From NCBI GenBank assembly GCA_039586755.1, contig JBDHJU010000011.1:14412-78411 (forward strand): a DNA stretch of 64,000 bases, given 5' to 3'. Numbering within the stretch: position 1 is the first letter of the stretch; the number at the start of each line of letters is the position of its first letter. Positions 56,645 through 64,000 of the stretch are shown one piece after another. Origin of the DNA: Gemmatimonadota bacterium (GTDB lineage Bacteria; Gemmatimonadota; Gemmatimonadetes; Palauibacterales; KS3-K002). A program made the translations under genes and the position numbers. The notes below the pieces were generated by a model that was not told the DNA's origin, searched no databases, and saw nothing but the letters and a program-made list of their open reading frames with translations.

Positions 56645-58120
56645 ATGATTCGCAAGTCTCTCGTAGGTCTCATTCTCACTCTCCTTTCAGCTCAAACCGC
56701 GCAGGCGCAGCAGCCTGGGGAAATCAGCTATCACGATGAGTCGGTGATGCCCACCGGGCTCATCGGCGAAAGGATAAGCTCGGTTATCAGCACCTTGAAC
56801 GCCGGCGATCCGGCCGCTGTACGCAGTTTCATAGAGGAGGAGTGCAGCGAGCGGTTCGCGAACTTCGCGCCGATGGAGGAGCATGTCAGCGTATTCCTCG
56901 GCATACGGCGCCAGACGGGCGGTGTGGACTTTCACAGCATTCGCACCTACGTGCCGGAACGAGTCGGTGAGACGGTCGTCATCCTCAAGGACCGCAACTT
57001 CGGCGCCTGGCGCGCTTTCACCCTGAGGCTCGACGACGCCGGCCGCGTGGCCGGACTCGGCTTCAACAATGCCCGTACTCCCTCGAACGTCGATGAGCCA
57101 CCGCTCGGCGAGTCGCAGGTCGTCGAGATAATCGAGGAAACGGTCGAGCGAATCTGCGCAAATGATGTGTTCTCCGGCACGGTGCTGCTCGCCAAGGATG
57201 ATGAAATCCTCTTCTCGCACGCCTGCGGCGAGGCCAGCAAGCGTTTTCACGCACCGAACAACATCGACACGAGGTTCAACATCGGATCGATGAACAAGAT
57301 GTTCACGGCGACGGCGATAGCGCAGCTGGTCGAGCGCGGCGAACTGTCGTACGACGAAACCATCGATAAGTACGTCGACGAATCGTGGCTACCTCGGGAA
57401 ATCACGAGCAAGATCACGATTCACCATCTGCTGTCCCACACCTCGGGGCTCGGCAACTATTTCAACGAGACCTACGCGACCGGATCTCGGCAGTTGTACC
57501 GGAGCGTGGACGATTTCAAGCCGCTAGTGCAGGGTGACGAACCGGCGTTCGAGCCTGGCGAACGGTACCGCTACAGCAACACGGGGATGTTGCTACTGGG
57601 TGTCGTGATCGAGAGCGCCACCGGCGGCAGCTACTTCGATTACATCCGCCAGCACATCTACGAACCCGCCGGCATGGAGGGCTCCGACAGTTACGAGATG
57701 GACTACCCCGTCGAGAACTTGGCGATCGGGTACGATCCGAATCCTGGGGGCGAGTACGGCTGGAAGAACAACCTCTACATGCACGTCATCAAAGGTGGCC
57801 CGGCGGGCGGCGGGTTCTCGACCGTCGGGGACTTGCACCGCTTCGCCCGGGCGCTGGTGACGGGCAAGCTCGTTTCGCAGGGCTCGTTGGACGTCATGTG
57901 GACCGCCAAGTCGGATGCGGGATACGGCTACGGGTTCGGCACTCGGGTGGGGCCGAAGGGTAGGGTCGTCGGACACGGTGGTGGCTTTGCCGGAATTAAC
58001 GGCGATCTCGAGATCTTCGTCGACGCCGGATATGTCGTCGCCGTCCTCTCCAACTACAGCAACGGGGCCAGCCCGCTATCCGGGAGGATCCAAGATCTCA
58101 TCGGACGGGTGCAGCCGTGA
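56645..58120 (+). CDS. Serine hydrolase of the class C beta-lactamase family with an N-terminal extra domain
   Basis: GGAGGA precedes the ATG at 56645. Signal peptide LILTLLSAQTAQAQ, SxxK in FNIGSMNKMFTATAI, YxN in YSNTGMLL, and HGG in VGHGGGFAGI. Confidence 0.75.
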   Translation: MIRKSLVGLILTLLSAQTAQAQQPGEISYHDESVMPTGLIGERISSVISTLNAGDPAAVRSFIEEECSERFANFAPMEEHVSVFLGIRRQTGGVDFHSIRTYVPERVGETVVILKDRNFGAWRAFTLRLDDAGRVAGLGFNNARTPSNVDEPPLGESQVVEIIEETVERICANDVFSGTVLLAKDDEILFSHACGEASKRFHAPNNIDTRFNIGSMNKMFTATAIAQLVERGELSYDETIDKYVDESWLPREITSKITIHHLLSHTSGLGNYFNETYATGSRQLYRSVDDFKPLVQGDEPAFEPGERYRYSNTGMLLLGVVIESATGGSYFDYIRQHIYEPAGMEGSDSYEMDYPVENLAIGYDPNPGGEYGWKNNLYMHVIKGGPAGGGFSTVGDLHRFARALVTGKLVSQGSLDVMWTAKSDAGYGYGFGTRVGPKGRVVGHGGGFAGINGDLEIFVDAGYVVAVLSNYSNGASPLSGRIQDLIGRVQP

Positions 58121-58147
58121 GTGTGGTAAGCTAGGGCGCGGCGGCGG

Positions 58148-59542
58148 ATGTCAAGAGCTGAGACCGGTGGGGGCGGCACAGCTGCCGAGCCGGCTCTTCC
58201 AGGCCGGTGGGGGCCCGTCTCCGCTGAGGAGCGGATCGTCACTCTGGACGTGCTGCGCGGGGTCGCGATCTGCGGCATGCTGTTGGCCAACATCGTCATC
58301 TTTGCATTCCCAGCCAGTTCCAGAAACATGATGGGCGGAGCGGCCACCGCTGCCGAGGTTGCGGTGGCTACCGTCCTCGCGCTACTCGTCGAGGGCAAGT
58401 TCTACACGCTCTTCTCCATCCTCTTTGGGATGGGTCTGGCGCTTCAAAGCTGGCGGGCCGACGAGCGTGGTAGGCCGTTCATTGGCGTCTACGTCCGCCG
58501 CATGATCGTGCTGCTTGTCATCGGCGTCGCCCACGGCCTGCTCTTTTCCGCCGTCGACATCCTGGCCTTTTACGCTCTGATTGCTCTCATTGCTCTCCCT
58601 TTTCGGAGACTCGAGGCGCGGTCACTTCTCGTGACCGCCGTCGCGCTGTATCTCGGCAGTATTGTCGCGCTCGGTGTGTACGCTCAACGCGCGCTCGGCG
58701 GTGCGCTACCGGGCGAGCCGAACTGGCAGCAACTGCTTGACGAACGAGCTGGGGCGTCTGGGGATGCCCTTCGTGCGGGCGGCGCGAGCGCGTCGGGGAT
58801 CGCGACGGGGGTGACGTTCATACCTCTGGTCACGAAGGTCTTCAAGGTATCCGAGCGCGAGCTTTTTGAGTTCATGGCGGACGAGGAGCGCATCTTCAGC
58901 GAGGGCACGTGGGCGGAGCAGGTCCGGCATCGGGCCGTGAGCTACCTCGCCGTGGTGATGCCCCTCAGGCTCGTGTTTCTGAGCTGGCGTGTGCTCGCCC
59001 TGTTCATCCTCGGTATGTACTTCGTCAAGCGCTCGCTCTTCCTCGAGCGCGATCGAAATCTCGGGCACTACAGAACGATCGTCTTCTCGGGTCTGGTACT
59101 TGGACTGCTGCTCGAGCTGACGGGGGGAGCGGCGCAGCAGCTGAGCGGCGAGTACGTGGCGGCGATCTGGGTCTTATTGATAGGCTTCAACATGGGGATT
59201 CCGGCGCTGAGCCTAAGCTATGCCGGCGCGGTGGCGCTGGCCTGCGCGAGAAACGCCGGGTCGAGCGTCGTCCGCTCGCTCGCCGCGCTAGGTCGCACGG
59301 CGCTGACGAACTACGTGGGCCAGTCCGTCATCTGCGGCCTCATCTTCTACTCCTACGGATTGGGGCTATTCGGAGAATTGAGCGGCATCGAGGCGCTGCT
59401 GCTCGCCGTGCCGATCTTGGCCGCTCAGCTGGTTGTGAGCGTGGTCTGGCTGAAGTTCTTCCGCTTCGGCCCGCTCGAGTGGGCCTGGCGATCCCTGAGC
59501 TATTGGCAGATTCAGCCGCTGCGTCGGCAGGAAGCGCTATGA
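58148..59542 (+). CDS. DUF418 / YeiB-like polytopic membrane protein (acyltransferase-3-like)
   Basis: RIVTLDVLRGVAICGMLLANIVIF...FYTLFSILFGMGLAL...RTALTNYVGQSVICGLIFYSYGLGLFG...GPLEWAWRSLSY. Confidence 0.7.
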   Translation: MSRAETGGGGTAAEPALPGRWGPVSAEERIVTLDVLRGVAICGMLLANIVIFAFPASSRNMMGGAATAAEVAVATVLALLVEGKFYTLFSILFGMGLALQSWRADERGRPFIGVYVRRMIVLLVIGVAHGLLFSAVDILAFYALIALIALPFRRLEARSLLVTAVALYLGSIVALGVYAQRALGGALPGEPNWQQLLDERAGASGDALRAGGASASGIATGVTFIPLVTKVFKVSERELFEFMADEERIFSEGTWAEQVRHRAVSYLAVVMPLRLVFLSWRVLALFILGMYFVKRSLFLERDRNLGHYRTIVFSGLVLGLLLELTGGAAQQLSGEYVAAIWVLLIGFNMGIPALSLSYAGAVALACARNAGSSVVRSLAALGRTALTNYVGQSVICGLIFYSYGLGLFGELSGIEALLLAVPILAAQLVVSVVWLKFFRFGPLEWAWRSLSYWQIQPLRRQEAL

Positions 59543-59680
59543 ATCGGCGTGCGGCCCGACATCGTAAGGTGTGGTAGAGCTTCAGGATCGCCGGCTTGAT
59601 GCGGACAACCGTACGGCGGCCGGGCCCGTCCAAATGATGGGAGAGGGTGTTCCGGCAGCCTAACCGGTTCAATCGTTGGT

Positions 59681-60340
59681 TTGCACTGGAGGGCGCCCGT
59701 GAAGGCGATCTGGGTCTGGGCGCAAGGAAGGTCCAGGTTCGAGGTCCTGGTGGCATCGGCCGTGGTGCTGGTAGGTGTCGCTGCGGGTCTGGTCGCGCTG
59801 GAGGCCGTGACGGTTGCCCGTCTGGGGGACTCGACCCTGAGGGCCCCGACAAGGATATACGCACGTCCCCTCGTACTTCACCTTGGCATGCAACCGAGCC
59901 GCTCGTTGGTCGAGGACGAGCTCGAGCGGTTGGCCTACGTGGGTGCCTCGGGCCGCGATGTCGGGATCGGCGAGTACCACCTCCAGTCACGAACTTGGAC
60001 GATCGGTCGTCGGCCTTTCCGCCACCACGAGAGGATCAGCCCGGGCGGCACCGCCATCATCCGCTTCGACTACAGAGGGCGCATCGCGAGAATCGATGAC
60101 GCCAGCGGTGAACGGCTGACCCATGTCACGCTGGAGCCGCAGCTGATCGGCACTTTCCAGGGCACATCGCACAAGGATCGCGTTCCGGTACAGATGGCCG
60201 ATGTGCCGAAGCATGCGACGCATCGTTGCCGCGTCCATTGCCAACCTCCGGGCCGGACAGGTCAGGCAGGGCGCCAGCACTCTCACCCAGCAGCTTGCCA
60301 AGAATCTGTTCCTGAATCCGCGACGCACGATAATCCGTAA
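59681..60340 (+). pseudogene. mrcB: Class A penicillin-binding protein (PBP1B-like), N-terminal fragment: TM anchor and UB2H-like region
   Basis: Anchor VLVASAVVLVGVAAGLVAL, then APTRIYARPLVLHLGMQPSRSLVEDELERLAY...LEPQLIGTF...DRVPVQMADVPKH. The frame then degenerates into Arg/Pro-rich text and a stop. Confidence 0.7.
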
Positions 60341-62048
60341 AGTGCGCGAGGCCGCCATAGCGGTAGTTCTCGAGCGACGCTACAGCAAGGAACAGATCCT
60401 CGAGGCCTACCTGAACGAGGTCTACCTCGGGCAAGACGGTGGGCTCGCGATCCACGGTGTGGGTCGGGCGGCACAGTACTACTTCGGCAAGGATGTGAGC
60501 GCGCTCGACCTCGGCGAAGCGGCGACCCTCGCCGGCTTGATACGCGGCCCGGGCCTCTACAACCCGTTCCGGCGACTGGAAGCAGCGAGGATGCGTCGCG
60601 ACCTGGTGTTGCGACGGATGGAAGAAGTGGGGGTCATCGACCAGGAGGCCCATCAGGCAGCGGTGAACTCGCCACTTGTCATACGCGTGGAGCCCCAGCC
60701 GACGCGCAGTGCCCGCTACTTCATCGATTTCGTGAGAGAGCAGTTGAGGTCCGATGGCCAGGATGACCTCGCCGGCGAAGGCCTCGCGGTCTTCACTACG
60801 CTGGACACACGGCTTCAGCGCGCCGCTGAGCGGGCCTTGGGCCAGGGCCTACTCCAGCTCGAGTCACAGTACCCGCACCTGGCGCGCGATGATTCGCCGA
60901 TCCAGGCGGCGCTGGTCGCTCTCGACCCGCAGACCGGCGATGTCCTCGCCATGGTGGGAGGTCGCGATTATGGTGCCTCGCAGTTCAATCGCGCGGTGCA
61001 TGCGCGCCGGCAGCCGGGCAGCGCCTTCAAGCCCGTCGTAGCGCTTGCCGCGTTGTCGCGCCGCGGTGATGACAGCGACGCAGAGGATCAGCCGACCCTC
61101 GCGACGATCCTGAACGACGAGCGGTTCGTCGTGCAGACGCGACAAGGACCTTGGGAGCCGGTCAACTACGATCGGCGTTTTCGCGGGCCGATAAGGTTGC
61201 GCGAGGCGCTCGAGAAATCGCTGAATGTGCCATTCGCCAGGCTCGGCATGATGGTGGGGCCGGAACGAATCGTCGAGACCGCTCGCGACCTGGGAATCGA
61301 GGGCCGACTCATCGCCGTGCCCAGCATAGCCCTCGGCTCGAACGAGGTGACCCCGCTGGAACTGACCCGCGCCTACGGGGTGCTGGCGGCGGGTGGATAT
61401 CGCGCGGAGACGCGGGCGGTGTTCGGCGTGCTCGATCGTGAGGGCGAACTGACAGCCCGCAACGACAGGACCGGTGAGCAGGTCTACGAGCTGGCCGAGA
61501 CATATCTCGTCACCTCGGCGCTGCGCGGGGCGGTCGAGCGCGGCACCGGTCGCGGGCTGCGATCGCTGGGCTACCGCGGTGATGTGGCGGCAAAATCCGG
61601 CACGACGAACGACTTCCGCGATGGGTGGTTCATCGGCTACACGCCCTCGCTGACCGTCGGCGTTTGGGTCGGATTCGATGATGGGCAGAGCATCGACTTG
61701 CCCGGCGCCAGAGTAGCGCTGCCGATCTTCACTCGCTTTCTGGTCGAGGCCGTCGGTTCCTACGGCGATCGAGGCCCCTACGGTGGCGACCGCTTCAGCA
61801 TACCGCCGGGGATCGAGGTGGTGGAGGTCGATCCGCGCACCGGCCTGCGCGCCGGCCTGGGCTGCCGCGGCGAACGCGAGCTCTTCCTGCGCGGCACAGC
61901 TCCACGCCGCAGCTGCTCGCCCTACGCGGTCGTGCGCTGGCTGCGCGATGGCGAGGAGTGGGTGAGCGAGCAAGCTGATCGCCTACGTCTCGAGCTACAG
62001 CGACTGTTGGAGCAGGACGCCCGTCGCAGGCGCGGCGGAGGTCGCTAG
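60201..62048 (+). pseudogene. mrcB: Class A penicillin-binding protein (PBP1B-like), C-terminal fragment: remainder of the GT51 domain plus the transpeptidase domain
   Basis: RRIVAASIANLRAGQVRQGASTLTQQLAKNLFLNPRRT...YSKEQILEAYLNEVYLGQDG are GT51 motifs 2-3. SxxK in RQPGSAFKP, SxN in EKSLNVP, and KTG in AKSGTTND. The ED..F..H.G catalytic motif that should precede it is absent. Confidence 0.75.
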
Positions 62049-62196
62049 CGCCTATACCGTCACCAACACGACACGGCAATCGTCTTCGTCGGCCCTCTCG
62101 AGTTTGCCTACTCCAGGACGCGATACGTTTGACTCGCTATGCGGATGGTCGTAGCGTGAAGGGGCCAATTCGTTCCCTGTAACCGAAGAGCGGGAC

Positions 62197-62637
62197 ATGT
62201 CGCTGACGACGAAGGAAAAGCAATTGGTTTCTGTGGGCGCGTCGCTGGCCTCCGGGTGCAAGCTTTGCGCCGACTACCACTTCGAGAAGGTGCGCAAGGT
62301 CGGCGCTACGGATGAGGAGATCGAGCAAGTCATGAACGTCGCCATTGCAGTGCGCGACGAAGCCAGGAAGATAATGGAGTGGCATGGGCTAAAGCTCCTG
62401 GGGCGCAAGTTGCTCGGGCAGGAAAGTGAGCCGCCCGTCAGCGGTGGTGACACGACACGTATGACAGAGCTTGTGTCTATCGCCTCCGCTTTCGCGGTCA
62501 ATTGCACCTCGAGCTTGGAGAAGCACATCGAGGCGGCCCGCAGCCTGGATGTTTCTGATGACGACGTACAGGCGGCCGTTGACATAGGCAGGTTCATCAA
62601 GGGAAAGGCAGACTCTTACTGCTGTAAGGTCATATAG
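62197..62637 (+). CDS. Carboxymuconolactone decarboxylase (AhpD-like) family protein with two half-domains
   Basis: LVSVGASLASGCKLCADYHFEKVRKVGATDEEIEQVMNVAIAV and LVSIASAFAVNCTSSLEKHIEAARSLDVSDDDVQAAVDIG. The first half keeps the CxxC..H redox motif. Confidence 0.65.
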   Translation: MSLTTKEKQLVSVGASLASGCKLCADYHFEKVRKVGATDEEIEQVMNVAIAVRDEARKIMEWHGLKLLGRKLLGQESEPPVSGGDTTRMTELVSIASAFAVNCTSSLEKHIEAARSLDVSDDDVQAAVDIGRFIKGKADSYCCKVI

Positions 62638-62663
62638 CTACACCCATCAGGAGGAATCTGAGG

Positions 62664-63185
62664 ATGGTTTCCCCCGCGGACTGCATTCTCGTCAAGCCCA
62701 GTTTTGGACGCTTTGTCTACTACAAGCTCCTCACTGCGGTCCCAGTCGCCGCTGCCTTAATCGCTATCATTCGGTACTCCGATGCACCCTACTGGCCTTT
62801 CGTATACATCGGACTCTGCCTGCTGCACGCCGGCATCATGTACACGATCAAGTGTCCCCATTGCGCTTACTATAAGATGGGCGGAAAGACGCACCACTGT
62901 TTCATGATCTGGGGCACCCCCAAGATATGGAAACCTAGATCGACGCCGGAGAGCCGGATCGTTGGAATTTACGCTCCAATCGGCATGCTGGTCCTTACGG
63001 CCTTTCCCGTATACTGGCTGCTATCGCAATGGGAGTTGCTGCTCGTCTACGTTCTCTCCATCGCGGCCCTCGTCATGTCGTTCGGACTGAACGATTGTCC
63101 ACGGTGCCTCAACTTCGAGTGTGGGCACAATACGGTACCCGAGGAAGTGAAGAGGGCGTACTTGGAATCGATCGTAGTGGACTGA
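62664..63185 (+). CDS. Hypothetical polytopic membrane protein with two Cys/His clusters
   Basis: 173 aa with about four helices. Clusters KCPHCAYYKMGGKTHHC and NDCPRCLNFECGHN. It starts 27 nt downstream of the AhpD-like gene. I recognise no family. Confidence 0.4.
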   Translation: MVSPADCILVKPSFGRFVYYKLLTAVPVAAALIAIIRYSDAPYWPFVYIGLCLLHAGIMYTIKCPHCAYYKMGGKTHHCFMIWGTPKIWKPRSTPESRIVGIYAPIGMLVLTAFPVYWLLSQWELLLVYVLSIAALVMSFGLNDCPRCLNFECGHNTVPEEVKRAYLESIVVD

Positions 63186-64000
63186 TCTCGACCCTGGGGG
63201 CGTGGCGGGGATGAGTGTCTCGCAGGACACCTGACCCTCCGCTGCGCGTGTCCGCCTGGACACGAAACCACCGTGCGGCGCCGAGCCGGGTCTGGCCCCC
63301 GGCCTGCCTCTCTGATTCCGTGAAGGCCCCGCGATGGGCGGGGTGCGGAACCAGGAGGAGGCTACGCGTGATGGCGCTCAAAGTCCGAACCGGGGTGGTG
63401 CAGACAGCGGTGGCCGTCGCCCTCTGGGTGCTGCTGACCCTCCTCCTGGCCTAGCATAAGGTCGGTCGAACCTGAAGCTCCACTGCAGCGCCTAACGGAG
63501 CCGTACCAACACGGCGCCCCTCTCCGAATTCCGCACTGCGAGGAAGCATCGCTTGACAAGCGCTTGACGGCTGAACCCTCAGGTCGCTATTCCCCTGGTT
63601 CGCATCACGAAACTAGAAGTCTGCCGCGGCGACCAGGCGTGCGCGCGAGCGGTTGCGAACAACGCACCGGGCAGGTTGCTGATGGGCATCCTTCTGGGTG
63701 CCACCGCCGGAGTCGTCGGCGAAGGGGTAGGCTCGGCCCTCACCTTGAAGGAGGCCGAGCTTGGTGAGGCGGCGGCCCAGGGGGCTCTCTACGGTGCGGC
63801 GCTCGGCGCTGACGCAGAAAGAGGAAGGGAGGGCGAAGGGCTGTGGCAAGAAGTGACGGTCGGACAACTGCGGCAGGAACTGGCGGCGGCCTCTCCTTCA
63901 AAGCGGTGATCTGACCCTGTTCGACACCTTCCGCCGCAAACCCTCGTAGGGCTATAGGGGACGGACCTGTCCCCAGCCGATAGCCCCAATCCAGCCCCTC

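Noticed and set aside
60864-61973. 369-aa minus-strand ORF across the PBP transpeptidase region.
   Set aside because: It is antisense to a frame that carries SxxK, SxN and KTG. It is a compositionally typical shadow ORF.
63186-64000. Several overlapping 60-90-aa ORFs on both strands at the right edge, e.g. 63676-63909 (+) Gly/Ala-rich and 63613-63867 (-).
   Set aside because: None has a convincing start context, motif or hydrophobicity pattern, and they mutually overlap. The coding status cannot be decided from sequence alone, and the region may belong to a gene continuing beyond the window.

Overview
This is a GC-rich bacterial chromosomal window, densely coded on both strands. I found no rRNA, tRNA, CRISPR array, transposase or prophage. 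All calls come from reading the ORF translations and the DNA by eye; no database search or computation was run.

Left third (1-17.6 kb): a dissimilatory sulfur island.
- aprB and aprA (aprA carries an apparent 1-nt frameshift), two uncharacterised Cys-rich genes, then qmoA, which is cut by the window edge.
- A siroheme/tetrapyrrole pair: a SirC-like gene and an unusual ferrochelatase-GluTR fusion.
- A TauE/SafE anion exporter.
- A seven-gene operon: a histidine kinase (HK)-like protein, a tandem receiver (REC-REC) protein, a dCache histidine kinase with a periplasmic CXXCH motif, two single-domain receiver proteins, a CBS-pair protein and a DASS/SLC13 anion permease.
- Two cytidylate-kinase-like paralogs, one with a BON domain.
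- A signal-peptide-bearing DsrE-family protein.

Middle: two sulfatases, a HAD lipoprotein, korAB, msrA, and a coupled binding-protein/chemoreceptor pair.

From 35.7 kb: two tandem 335-aa signal-peptide paralogs with a PI3/4-kinase-like catalytic signature, followed by a Shewanella-like PPP phosphatase. I consider this the best candidate for an undescribed module, alongside the apr-qmo inserts and the multi-receiver operon.

Right half: DUF5916-type proteins, MacA plus a MacB-type ATPase with no permease, a sigma-54 two-component system next to a DAACS carrier, serine hydrolases, and a vWA protein.

Three genes look disrupted: aprA, a PBP1B-like gene missing its glycosyltransferase catalytic motif, and an amber-interrupted remnant.
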